Below, one piece after another: positions 10,901-20,368 of a stretch of 64,000 nucleotides of DNA (the first letter of the stretch is position 1; every line of letters starts with the position of its first letter). The position numbers and the translations under genes are program-made. The DNA comes from Escherichia coli 042 (GTDB taxonomy: Bacteria; Pseudomonadota; Gammaproteobacteria; Enterobacterales; Enterobacteriaceae): NCBI RefSeq assembly GCF_000027125.1, contig NC_017626.1. One strand, written 5' to 3'. Below the pieces are notes generated by a model, which ran no database searches, was not told the DNA's origin, and worked only from the letters and a program-made list of their open reading frames with translations.

Positions 10901-11112
10901 TGGTTTACCAGTGTTCCGCCATTCACTGTTTCACCCGGGTGCACAACGATGTCAGCAGCCAGCACCGGGAGTGACGTGACTGCGGCAAGAGACAGTGCAA
11001 CCGCCACACCGCCACGTTTACCCCGTGCGCGGGCCAGTTCGGAGGCAACCACGAAAGCGCCCGTAATGTGATTCCATACCAGCCTGTAGCAGGTATTCAG
11101 ATGTCGTTTCAT
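7993..11112 (-). CDS. flu: Antigen 43 self-associating autotransporter adhesin
   Basis: N-terminus MKRHLNTCYRLVWNHITGAFVVASELARARGKRGG (extended signal peptide), repetitive beta-helix passenger, C-terminal beta-barrel ending ...TLNVTF; start taken at second Met (1039 aa). Confidence 0.9.
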   Translation of the reverse strand: MKRHLNTCYRLVWNHITGAFVVASELARARGKRGGVAVALSLAAVTSLPVLAADIVVHPGETVNGGTLVNHDNQFVSGTADGVTVSTGLELGPDSDDNTGGQQIARGGTARNTTVTANGLQDVMAGGSATDTVISAGGGQNLRGQAYGTVLNGGEQWIHAGGSASGTVINQSGYQTIKHGGQATGTIVNTGAEGGPESENVSSGQMVGGTAESTTINKNGRQVIWSSGMARDTLIYAGGDQTVHGEAHNTRLEGGNQYVHKYGLALNTVINEGGWQVIKEGGTTAHTTINQKGKLQVNAGGKASDVTQNTGGALVTSTAATVTGTNRLGAFSVLAGKADNVVLENGGRLDVLSGHTATNTRVDDGGTLDVRNGGAATTVSMGNGGVLLADSGAAVSGTRSDGTAFRIGGGQADALMLEKGSSFTLNAGDTATDTTVNGGLFTARGGSLAGTTTLNNGATLTLSGKTVNNDTLTIREGDALLQGGALTGNGRVEKSGSGTLTVSNTTLTQKTVNLNEGTLTLNDSTVTTDVIAQRGTALKLTGSTVLNGAIDPTNVTLTSGATWNIPDNATVQSVVDDLSHAGQIHFTSTRTGKFVPATLQVKNLNGQNGTISLRVRPDMAQNNADRLVIDGGRATGKTILNLVNAGNSGTGLATTGKGIQVVEAINGATTEEGAFVQGNMLQAGAFNYTLNRDSDESWYLRSEERYRAEVPLYASMLTQAMDYDRILAGSRSHQTGVNGENNSVRLSIQGGHLGHDNNGGIARGATPESSGSYGFVRLEGDLLRTEVAGMSLTTGVYGAAGHSSVDVKDDDGSRAGTVRDDAGSLGGYMNLTHTSSGLWADIVAQGTRHSMKASSGNNDFRARGWGWLGSLETGLPFSITDNLMLEPRLQYTWQGLSLDDGKDNAGYVKFGHGSAQHVRAGFRLGSHNDMTFGEGTSSRAPLRDSAKHSVRELPVNWWVQPSVIRTFSSRGDMRVGTSTAGSGMTFSPSQNGTSLDLQAGLEARVRENITLGVQAGYAHSVSGSSAEGYNSQATLNVTF

Positions 11113-11294
11113 CAGCATTTCCTTAATCAGAGTGAGGGTGAATAAAAAAGCCGGTATCCACAGATGTGGATACCGGCAGGTAAAGGGTTACAGTGCCGGA
11201 GGTCCGGCTGACGGAAGTTTCTGACGTGTGGCTCTGTTGTTCCCTGAATCTCATGTCTGTGTGTATCTGCGCACGTTGCTAACAGGAGTTATTA

Positions 11295-11345
11295 TTAGCA
11301 TGACGATCGATATAAACGATCGATAAAATAGGTATCGATCGTTTT
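11295..11345 (-). promoter_or_regulatory. agn43 phase-variation switch: three closely spaced GATC sites (Dam/OxyR region)
   Basis: Sequence acGATCgatataaacGATCgataaaataggtatcGATCg ~190-230 bp upstream of the flu start codon; protein binding not testable from sequence. Confidence 0.65.
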
Positions 11346-11445
11346 ATTCTATTATCAGGCTATTGCACGGACAAGAGAGACAGTAACGAAAACAGCGCTT
11401 TTGTGAGCAGACTCAGAGGCAGGGAGGACATCATCCACAACAGGT

Positions 11446-12318
11446 TCAGAAGAAGATCCAGTTCCATACCGCGCGGGCAACAGAGACCACGGTGTCACGA
11501 ACAGCGCGCAGGGCCGTACGGACAACAGAGGCAACACAGACGCTCTCCGCTGTGTCAAATATCCGGTCCACCGCACCGGTAAACTGTTCACGGGCCTGAG
11601 AGCGGACAGACTCCGTGCGCAGCTCGTCCTGCAGTCGGGTCATCAGGGGGCTGGCGGCATGGTCGGGAAGCGCTGTCATGAGCGCACTGACCAGCGTATC
11701 CAGTTCCCAGCCGGTGCGGGCCGATACGGCAACAACCGGATGTACGGGCCGGAACAGACGGAATACCGCCTCCGTTTTCTCACGAATGTTCTGTTCCTGT
11801 GCGGGAGAAGGCTGAATACCTGCCATATCCCATTCATGGCAGGGTTCCGTTTTGTCAGCCTGCGTCACCACAAACAGCACCTGCTGATGTCCGCACTGCA
11901 GGATGTGTCGCCAGAAATACTCATCCACAGACAGGGCCCGGTCATCGGCTTTAATCAGCCACAGCACCAGGTCCAGTTCAGGCAGAATGTCACGGTACAG
12001 GGCTTCATACTCTGCATCCCTGTCCCGGCTCTCGCCCACCCCGGGCAGGTCAGTGATAACCATGCTGTGACCGTGACCACTCAGACGGAAGCGCTGCACT
12101 TCCCGGGTGCCGGCGTGAACATCACTGACCGGTGTGACCTCCCCCTGAAACAGTGCATTACAGAGTGAAGATTTACCGGCCCCGCTTTTACCCATAATGC
12201 CAATCACGGGTTCGTGACTGGTGAGTTTGCGCAGATGTTCCAGGATGTGACGGGAAAGTGAGTAAGGCAGGGAGGAGAGCGGTTTTTCAATTGCCTCAAT
12301 GGCATCAGACGGATTCAT
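11446..12318 (-). CDS. yeeP: YeeP/YkfA-family GTPase (50S ribosome-binding GTPase domain)
   Basis: P-loop GIMGKSGAGKSSL, DLPG switch; adjacent to flu as in CP4-44; start taken at internal Met MNPSDAIE. Confidence 0.8.
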   Translation of the reverse strand: MNPSDAIEAIEKPLSSLPYSLSRHILEHLRKLTSHEPVIGIMGKSGAGKSSLCNALFQGEVTPVSDVHAGTREVQRFRLSGHGHSMVITDLPGVGESRDRDAEYEALYRDILPELDLVLWLIKADDRALSVDEYFWRHILQCGHQQVLFVVTQADKTEPCHEWDMAGIQPSPAQEQNIREKTEAVFRLFRPVHPVVAVSARTGWELDTLVSALMTALPDHAASPLMTRLQDELRTESVRSQAREQFTGAVDRIFDTAESVCVASVVRTALRAVRDTVVSVARAVWNWIFF

Positions 12319-12427
12319 ACATGTATTCCCGGTGAAAAAAGACAAAACCCCGCGCACCGGAAAGGTGGCGGGGGATTCACGGAGATAATATCTGTCTGAG
12401 ATTATTTAGAATGTAACAGGTAATGAA

Positions 12428-13447
12428 TTACTTCCTTCGCTTGTGTTCAAGATATTTCTCTGTAATCAGCATTTCAAAAAACTCTCCTGTTCTCAGACCG
12501 TAAACAGTTCTGAGCTCATCAAGCATTTCTTTCACATTGCTTCTTATATGTATATTAATGGCCTTTTTACCATCACTCCGATATTTGTCCTTTTGTTTTT
12601 TCTGATGCCAGGCATGATTTATTCGTGTTCTGAACAGTTCAATGGTATCAGGCGCTTCTTTCCATAAAGCAAAGGCGACAAGAGAGGCAAGATAATATTC
12701 TTTCGTTGAAGATGGTATGAACCACCGGGTCACTGGGTTATGTACTGGATGTTTTTCATCCTGTTTTTGTTTCAGTCTTGTCCAGAACCACTGACACATT
12801 TCATCATCGTCAGGAAGGAACCACTTAAACTTTTGACAAGCGCTTTTCTTTTTAAGCCACGCCTGCCTGAGTTCCTCGAGGTATATGCTTTTTGCATTTT
12901 TATTAATTAAAGAATGGCAGGAGTCAAAATATGAAATGATTACTTTTATTCGTTCGTTATGGGATGATGGATTATCCGGAAGGTTACTTTTTTTGTAAGT
13001 ATTTAACGTTTCATCGGTAACTGTTCGTATTTTCCTGACTTCAATTCCGTTTTTTATTCCTGATGAATTATGGTTTATTTTCGGGAATTTTGTATGGTCT
13101 TCCTTCGACAGATAAATAGTAGTCCAGGTAAAGAAAGTCGCAAGTTCGTCAGTTTTCAACCAGAGAAAACTCTCTTCAGGCAGTATTGCCTGCCCTGCAA
13201 TAATTTCAAGTTCATTAATTTCTTTGCTGAGAGCTTCTTCTGCAGTCGAACCAAAAACACCAAAAGAATTGTTTGAAGCTTTATAATACTTTTCTTTTAA
13301 AAACGAATTAACATTTCTGATACAGTTTTGTGGGTTGTCAGGCGCAAACTGAGGGAATTCATTGGGGTATTTGTGATTCAGATATTCGGCATAAAACCGA
13401 CATTTACGGGGATCTTTGCATTTGATAAGCATCTGTTCGTTATTCAT
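12428..13447 (-). CDS. Hypothetical lysine-rich protein, low GC, no recognisable domain
   Basis: 339 aa uninterrupted ORF in AT-rich DNA; followed upstream by ~1.4 kb ORF-poor AT-rich sequence. Confidence 0.45.
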   Translation of the reverse strand: MNNEQMLIKCKDPRKCRFYAEYLNHKYPNEFPQFAPDNPQNCIRNVNSFLKEKYYKASNNSFGVFGSTAEEALSKEINELEIIAGQAILPEESFLWLKTDELATFFTWTTIYLSKEDHTKFPKINHNSSGIKNGIEVRKIRTVTDETLNTYKKSNLPDNPSSHNERIKVIISYFDSCHSLINKNAKSIYLEELRQAWLKKKSACQKFKWFLPDDDEMCQWFWTRLKQKQDEKHPVHNPVTRWFIPSSTKEYYLASLVAFALWKEAPDTIELFRTRINHAWHQKKQKDKYRSDGKKAINIHIRSNVKEMLDELRTVYGLRTGEFFEMLITEKYLEHKRRK

Positions 13448-14941
13448 TATCTCACTCCATGTCGCCTCTCTTATAACAAAATCGTCTCAATTTTATTTTG
13501 TCACTAAGTGATTATCAAATGTTTTTGTTGTGATTTGTTTATGTTTTTAAATGTCTATGTCATGTTATCAGTGTTTTTATATAAAGATACATTGATGTTT
13601 TTATGATGGTGAAAAATCATATTTTCTTTTATATTCATTTGGTTATGATTGTTTGTTCTGCATTTGGGGGATGACAGAAAAGAATGGGCTGTGTTGATCA
13701 CATGCGCCGTATGCGCTGTCCAGGTTACAGCGCACCTCAATATTCAGTGTTTTCCTGTTGACTGGCATTGTTAATCTTATGTTTTTGGTTTTGTTTTATT
13801 GTGTGGTTGTGAATGTTGTGTTTGGTTTGATGGTTGAGAAAGAAAAAAGAAGACTATGATGCACTAATCAGGAAATATTTTCGACGCCGGTTGAGTTAAA
13901 AGAACAGATAGAGTGGACAGGTGTTGTGTTAATAGTTTACGGCTGACAGCATTCTTATTTTAATAACAGGTGTTATTATTTATGGATTTATACAGACGAT
14001 ACTCCCGCTAAATAGTCAGGTGATGATGGTCGTTGAGTGGTTTTATAAGCTACGTATAGCTCTGTAAGACTTATTAATTCAACGATGACTACCGTTTATT
14101 GATATACATGTATTCGGGAAATGTCATAAAAAATGTCACGTTGTTTGCAGAATCTTTTGTTTTTTAGTTTTTGATACGCAATGACTAAGCAGGAGGACTC
14201 ACTTTGTTTGTATGCTGACCGTGATCGTCAGTGGAGATGAACAATTGACTCTTACACTGAAAAATATACTCTCTTGTTTTTTATCGTTTATCTGCATGAA
14301 ATAAATAATCTTCAGCATTTTTCATGTGAATTTCATCATCTTACCCTGAATGTTCATTTTATCAGTATGATATTCCTTTGTTTACTGATAAAATTAACCG
14401 ATAAATGTTCTTGTTAAGATTGCCAGAATGACAGTTTTTGCTGATTCCGTGCAATGGAAGAGATATTATATCATCTATTTAAGCAATAAGTTTAATACAA
14501 ATTTCAGAAGATGTGTTGGTGAGTTGATGACTAATTTTCAGAGGGGGATGGAAAAGTGTATGGAATCCCACAAAGAAAAAATCGTTATTGTTCAGTTGAC
14601 GTTTATTTCTGGGTGATGACTCCAGTCAGCAGAATATGTTTTTTTCGATGAATGACCCAATAACTTTTTCGTGAATTTCCACGGAGCATGAAAAGCAAAT
14701 CGTTTTCCGGTCCAGCCGTTTGATGTGGGAACGGGGGCAGATGGTGGTGCTCAATGCGCCGGGTAAATATCAATACGATTTGAGGAACCATTTGCTGGTT
14801 AATCTCTTTCCGATAGCATTGGATGCAGCAATCACTACATCCAACGTGAATAACCATGAATTGCACAGAAACAATATACCTGCGACCCTCTCCGGAAATT
14901 CCGGTATCACTGACTACGTACCGCCCGGGAGTGATTATGAA

Positions 14942-15514
14942 TCAACAGGCGTATAACAGGTACTCGTCAATCATCAGTTCAAGCTCGCGCTTTTCCCGTT
15001 TGCGCGCCACAGCCCAGCTTTCAAGTTCTGCGTGTGATTTATGCTTTAACTCTTCAGTCCAGGGCTGCATGGAGTGGGCGCACATCAGATCATACCAGCA
15101 CAGCCATATCAGGGTGTGGTAGAGATCGCGATCGTCAAAACGCCGGAGCAGACTGTTCAGCCTGTTTGCCAGTCGGCTTTCTCCCAGACGATGTAGTTCA
15201 CTGAGTAAAACACCACCCAGGTTAAAATGTGTAAGTAACATGATTTCATGAGTCTGAATGCTGGTCATTAACCCTTCCTGAATGGCAGGAATGAACGGTG
15301 GCGTTGCCGGGTTGACTACCTGATAGAGTCCCTGTGGTGCCACCGAGATGATGGTGCCTTTTTCCGGCAGAAAAAAGTGGGCCAGGGTCAGGCGATGATA
15401 ACCATGAAGATGCGGAGAGCCCATTCCGTGAGCGACAATAAACCGGGTTACACTTGCCATCCATTTCTGATGCTGGGTGAGCAGCAGATCACACCGGTTT
15501 TCAAGTTTTTGCAT
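14942..15514 (-). CDS. Hypothetical protein downstream of alpA
   Basis: ORF 14942..15541, start chosen at MQKLENR; same strand and 58 bp downstream of alpA. Confidence 0.4.
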   Translation of the reverse strand: MQKLENRCDLLLTQHQKWMASVTRFIVAHGMGSPHLHGYHRLTLAHFFLPEKGTIISVAPQGLYQVVNPATPPFIPAIQEGLMTSIQTHEIMLLTHFNLGGVLLSELHRLGESRLANRLNSLLRRFDDRDLYHTLIWLCWYDLMCAHSMQPWTEELKHKSHAELESWAVARKREKRELELMIDEYLLYAC

Positions 15515-15599
15515 AATATTCTCTCCTTTAGCACGCAGCAAAATGCCTCCGGAGGCCGGATAGTGTATTCGCTGCGGTTGAACGGGTAATGGTCAGGAA

Positions 15600-15806
15600 T
15601 TACGGACGGGATTGTGCAATACGCGCCTGCAACCAGGCTTCCACTTCACTTTTCAGCCATCGGGAGCTGCGGCCGAGTTTGATGGGGGCCGGAAAGGCAC
15701 CATCCTTGATGAGCTTGTAAAACCACTTATCGGTTAAGCCGGTCAGTTGAGTGATAAACGCCATGTCGACCATCTGGTCATCCATCAGCGAAACTGGGGT
15801 ATTCAT
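15600..15806 (-). CDS. alpA: AlpA-family phage transcriptional regulator (HTH)
   Basis: 68 aa from internal Met; ...ITQLTGLTDKWFYKLIKDGAFPAPIKLGRSSRWLKSEVEAWL... matches AlpA/prophage CP4-57 regulator fold. Confidence 0.8.
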   Translation of the reverse strand: MNTPVSLMDDQMVDMAFITQLTGLTDKWFYKLIKDGAFPAPIKLGRSSRWLKSEVEAWLQARIAQSRP

Positions 15807-16504
15807 GAAAATGTTCCTCCGGATGTTGTTAATCTCAACCGGCGTTGGTGATGAAAAACGCACCACCTTCACTGGCATAACAACCGGGGAGAAACGTAAA
15901 AAATGAGCAGGGGAATATTCCTGTCGGGAGATAAACAGGGAGCATGATGCTGGGATACCCGGTGGCTACCGCGAAACGATGTTTCTCGCGCGTACGCACG
16001 ACAGAGAAGGGATGATTTTCGGGAGGATGAGGGGAAGAACCGTCGTTCTTATAATTGCAGAGTTATTTACGGGGCGGTTACGGTGGGGCAGCTCGTGCCT
16101 TGTGGGCAGGGACAGGTATCACCGATGGGATAAGACTGTCTGATTGGTATTATAAATATATAAGAGAGATCAAACACATGAGTTCATATCTGTGAAATAA
16201 ACACTGTGAGTGTGATCAGTGGGTATGAGAACGCAGTAGCAACAGATTACGTTGTACTCACAGGGCTATCCCTGATAGCTGGCGTATAACCTGCGTATAT
16301 AAAACGTACCTGCAACACACGTGAACAGAGTGCATTAAGCATCCGTCTGAGCGGTAAACGTATCCGACCTGGTGAGTGACAGTCTGAGAGACCGGTTAAG
16401 TGGTGGTGCGGGAGTAATGAGTTTGGGGTGGGTACCAGAATGCCAGTCAGGTGCGGTATGCTGGCAGTATCACGTTAATTGCAGCATAAAGTGATGAGAG
16501 GCTA

Positions 16505-16717
16505 ATGGAAGTTAAAACCAAAGAAGACTGGCTGTATCAGTTCCGTCGTTGTTCATCCCGGGAGACGCTGGAAAAAGTGATTTCCCACACACGTTATAAA
16601 CTTACCCTTGCGGAGCTGGAAGCCTTCAACTCTGCGGTTGATCACCGACTGGCAGAACTAACCATGAACAAACTTTACGATCGCGTTCCGGCTTCTGTCT
16701 GGAAATATGTTACCTGA
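16505..16717 (+). CDS. Hha/YmoA-family nucleoid-associated regulator paralog (H-NS co-modulator)
   Basis: 70 aa; ...[27 protein letters not shown] closely matches recalled Hha C-terminus [27 protein letters not shown]. Confidence 0.85.
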   Translation: [70 protein letters not shown]

Positions 16718-17333
16718 ACGTTCGGTAATCACAGCGGTATTGTGCCGGGCGTTATATGCCTGTGATTCTTTTGCTCTTCTCTGGTTGCTGCAAAGCTGAA
16801 TATGTTCCTGTTGTTGGAGGCCGAGGTAATACCGGGAACGTTAAGCGGTATAGCGACAACAAAGAATTCGAAATCAAAAGGGAATGGTGTACGGAGGTGC
16901 GGGCGGTAATGGGCCGATTTTCGGGCATTACCGACCTCTGCTGAGGTTTTCTCGTATTAGCCGGGGATCCGGTGCGTTGAATATTGACGGCATAAACCGA
17001 CAGGCAGAGTCAGCACCAGCAGTGACGTCAGTAGACAGCGCCGACGATCGGTATTCCGGTAATGGGCAACATCCGTATTATGAGTAATTGCCTTACCACA
17101 ATCCCTGCACACCGTTTTGTGTATCACCATAGCTCCCTCCTCACAGTCTTATCTGTAACCGGTTTTTGGCATTAAAAAAACAACGCTGAAAATTCAGCCG
17201 TCAGTCCGGAGACGACAATCGGGTTATCACAGAGTGCCTGAGATATTGCCCGGTTGGAGGTCACTTCAGGGACTCTGCGCATTTTTTACGGCGTGGTTAT
17301 TCCGTATGAACGAAACCATACGGAGATTTAACC

Positions 17334-17903
17334 ATGACATACGAGTACAACCCCTTCTGGCAACAACGTATCCGTGAGACGGTGCTGCGCGCACTGGATG
17401 TTCATCCCCGTCTGACGGCATTGCGGATTGACCTGCGTCTCCCGGATGTACCGGCAGCAACTGACGCAGCAGTGATATCCCGCTTCATCAATGCCCTGAA
17501 AGCCCGAATCGATGCTTATCAGAAGCGTAAGCGCCGTGAAGGCAAACGCGTGCATCCCACAACCCTGCATTACGTCTGGGCCCGGGAGTTTGGGGAGTGC
17601 AAAGGTAAAAAACACTATCACCTGATGCTGCTGGTCAACCGGGATACCTGGTGTCGTGCCGGCGATTACCGCGCTCCGGGATCACTGGCCGGGATGATTA
17701 AACAGGCGTGGTGCAGTGCCCTGGGAGTGGATACCGGAGATCATACCACGCTGGCGCATTTTCCGGTCAGGCCGGCGGTGTGGCTGGAACGCGATGATGA
17801 CACCGGCTTTCAGCAGGTGCTGGAGCGTGCTGACTATCTGGCGAAGGAGAGTACCAAAGCTTACGGCACCGGTGAGCGCAACTTTGGCTGCAGTCGTGGC
17901 TGA
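17334..17903 (+). CDS. Inovirus Gp2-like protein (YfjJ/YagK family)
   Basis: 189 aa; motif KKHYHLMLLVNRD and context next to alpA as in CP4-57. Confidence 0.7.
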   Translation: MTYEYNPFWQQRIRETVLRALDVHPRLTALRIDLRLPDVPAATDAAVISRFINALKARIDAYQKRKRREGKRVHPTTLHYVWAREFGECKGKKHYHLMLLVNRDTWCRAGDYRAPGSLAGMIKQAWCSALGVDTGDHTTLAHFPVRPAVWLERDDDTGFQQVLERADYLAKESTKAYGTGERNFGCSRG

Positions 17904-18064
17904 GCCCGACAGACGACTTATCTGACCTTAGTGTGATGACGTGTTCACAGCGACCACACTGATTTTCCCTTCTGAGACTGAACTGAAAACCGCCATTCAC
18001 ACCCTGACCACGCTGCCCGTACCGGGACGGCTGTTGCCTGCGTGTCGTCTGGCGGCTGAGGAAT

Positions 18065-18454
18065 ATGACGATGTACGCAAAATCCTTTCTCGCACTTGAT
18101 GGCAACGGACGTCTGACCGGTGCCCGTACCGCACAGACAGCGCCATACGATCGTTACACCTGCCACCTCTGTGGCAGTGCTCTCAGATACCACCCGCAAT
18201 ACGACACTGAACGTCCCTGGTTTGAACACACTGACGACGGGCTGACTGAGCATGGTCATGAGTGCCCTTATGTCAGACCGGAGCGCAGAGAAATACTGTT
18301 GATTAAACGCTTACGGCAATTCGTACCGGACGCCTTACCCGTAGTGCGTAAAGCCAGCTGGCACTGCAGACAATGTCACCACGATTATTATGGGGAGCAG
18401 TACTGCACACACTGTCATACAGGGCGCTTCAGTGAGGAGGTGGTTGCAGAATGA
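18065..18454 (+). CDS. Cysteine/histidine-rich putative zinc-ribbon protein
   Basis: CHLCGSAL...WFEH...HECPY and WHCRQCHHDYYGEQYCTHCH motifs. Confidence 0.45.
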   Translation: MTMYAKSFLALDGNGRLTGARTAQTAPYDRYTCHLCGSALRYHPQYDTERPWFEHTDDGLTEHGHECPYVRPERREILLIKRLRQFVPDALPVVRKASWHCRQCHHDYYGEQYCTHCHTGRFSEEVVAE

Positions 18455-18863
18455 ACGGTATAAAAACGGGGCTGGGATCACGCCGGGTGAGCACATTATC
18501 AGTGCCGATTCTGCGCTCAGCAGAAATATCCGGCATTGTTTCTGTCTTTCCTGTCGTGGCCGGTTGATTTTGCAGACAGATGCTCAGGGGGCGTGGTTTG
18601 AGCACGATTTACATGCCCTGAGCGCGCAACAGAAGGCGGCCTGCGTGGTGCTGAATCCGGAAAAATCCCATCCTTACATTGATGATATGGCGATGTTTTT
18701 ATCGCCATTACCTGTCGTGCTGGAGTGGCATTGTGTGATGTGCGGGCAGCATTTTTCCGGGAAAAAGTTCTGTGAAGCCTGTGGCACGGGGATTTATTGC
18801 AGAGCGGCATGTACGAAGTATGTTTACAGATACCAGCCAGATTTGCTCCGGGACCAGGAGTGA
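18390..18863 (+). CDS. Second Cys-rich zinc-ribbon module in a different frame; possibly frameshifted continuation of the preceding gene
   Basis: Repeats the same motif pattern (CLSCRGRL...WFEH..., WHCVMCGQHFSGKKFCEACGTG); overlaps previous ORF by 65 nt; no good start near the module beginning. Confidence 0.35.
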   Translation: MGSSTAHTVIQGASVRRWLQNERYKNGAGITPGEHIISADSALSRNIRHCFCLSCRGRLILQTDAQGAWFEHDLHALSAQQKAACVVLNPEKSHPYIDDMAMFLSPLPVVLEWHCVMCGQHFSGKKFCEACGTGIYCRAACTKYVYRYQPDLLRDQE

Positions 18864-19135
18864 GGGAGATGCGACATAATTACTTGATCATGCCAGTCAT
18901 GCCCCTGCCGGATCCGGATGTGGTCCGGCGCTTTGTTCCGCGGACGGTGGCTCACTGGCTGTGTCTGCTGATGATCCTCTTTATGCGACATTCAGACAGG
19001 GGAGACATCGATAAACATCATCATCTGCGGGCAAATAGTTACACAGAATGATCATTGCTACCGGTTATGGCAAAACTTGGTGATGACCAGGTGAACCATC
19101 GGTGCTTCCGTTGATTCTTATGGACTGATAAAGTT

Positions 19136-19795
19136 TTGTCAGCTGAATCTTTATACGGAATGCTCTTCAGTATGCGTACACAAATTGACTATCTGGCGGA
19201 TAAATACTGTTTTACAGAACGGAACGAATCGCCCCGTCTTCGCCAGCAGTGGCAGGATGTTCTGGAGGAGTGCCGGCAGACAGAGGCCGGGCCAGAAGAA
19301 CGGCTGCGTATTGCACTGCTGAATGTGGATTACGTCACCAGTTTTGAACTGCCTTTTCGCTTGTTGCTTACCCGTACACCACAACTGATTGCTGCGCTGC
19401 GTGAAGAATGGGGAATCAGCCAGAAAAATGTGGTGTTTAACGATAAACGGTTTGGCTGCGTGTACAGCCTGAAGGCCAGCCTTTCTGGTGTGCCGGATAC
19501 ATTCCGGTATCATCTGTCTCATCGTATTCGTCGCGTGGTTGGGAATGAAAACACATCATTGCCATATCAGCAGGTTGCCCGGGAAGTGAAAGCGCCCCGT
19601 GAACGGCTGAAGTATGCACTGGAGGCGGGTTTACTGGTGACTGCACTGGACGGCCTGTTCTGGTTTGGCAGTCAGCGTATTGCGGCTGATGTTCTGAGGC
19701 TGAGAAAGGCCGGAATGCCGGTGGTGACCACGACCGTGGAGGTGCACGATAACCTGACAGGAACAACCCGCAAAGTACCGGCATACCATCTCTGA
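19136..19795 (+). CDS. Hypothetical protein
   Basis: 219 aa ORF, no recognised motif. Confidence 0.45.
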   Translation: MSAESLYGMLFSMRTQIDYLADKYCFTERNESPRLRQQWQDVLEECRQTEAGPEERLRIALLNVDYVTSFELPFRLLLTRTPQLIAALREEWGISQKNVVFNDKRFGCVYSLKASLSGVPDTFRYHLSHRIRRVVGNENTSLPYQQVAREVKAPRERLKYALEAGLLVTALDGLFWFGSQRIAADVLRLRKAGMPVVTTTVEVHDNLTGTTRKVPAYHL

Positions 19796-19890
19796 TACAA
19801 CCATCAGGGGGAATATTGCTCTGGCAGCAGCAGTACGACATTCTTTATACTTTATCCCCGTGCCTGAAAACATGTGCTAAGGAAACGGGA

Positions 19891-20124
19891 ATGGCAAGGT
19901 CCGATTACGATATTATCAATCTGTCTCTGGAACATGAACTGAATGAGTGGCTGGCAGAGAGAGGTTATGCCGGACTGGTGGATAACCGGAACCGCCTGGC
20001 AGAGGTGGTTACCCGGAAATTGCAGGACAGCTTTTATATCAACGTTTCCTGGGATGCGCTGAACACAGCATACAGTGAACACCCGGAGTGGTTTTCAGGG
20101 CTTGTCTCCGGGGATGAGAATTAA
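19891..20124 (+). CDS. Hypothetical small protein (start uncertain; ORF extends to 19816)
   Basis: ORF only. Confidence 0.3.
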   Translation: MARSDYDIINLSLEHELNEWLAERGYAGLVDNRNRLAEVVTRKLQDSFYINVSWDALNTAYSEHPEWFSGLVSGDEN

Positions 20125-20176
20125 TAAGTGGATTATGCTGCCATCAGGCAATGTGATTGCCGGCAGGGATTTCGTT

Positions 20177-20368
20177 TTATTCTGTTTCTTCCCGGGGTTC
20201 GGGTTTGAATTTTCCCAGGAAGTTGTACATCGGTCGCATGCAGGGATGCGGATAGCCGTCCCGCATAAACACCACCCGGGTTTCCTCAACACTGGTCACG
20301 GTGACAAGCGCACCATGATCGTCTCTGTATCGCTGATTGATTTTCGGTAATGGAATATCTTCTGACAT
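20177..20368 (-). CDS. Small hypothetical protein (DUF4222-like suspected)
   Basis: 63 aa ORF MSEDIPLPKINQRYRDDHGALVTVTSVE...; family from memory. Confidence 0.4.
   Translation of the reverse strand: MSEDIPLPKINQRYRDDHGALVTVTSVEETRVVFMRDGYPHPCMRPMYNFLGKFKPEPREETE

Noticed and set aside
8084-11071. Numerous 60-300-aa ORFs on the plus strand (e.g. 10048..10974, 9521..9883)
   Set aside because: All lie antisense within the Ag43 gene, whose repetitive GC-rich sequence generates long spurious frames.
13450-16500. Search for tRNA/tmRNA gene or integrase marking the island integration site
   Set aside because: No tRNA-like sequence or tyrosine-recombinase ORF recognised by eye; the attachment site probably lies outside the window.
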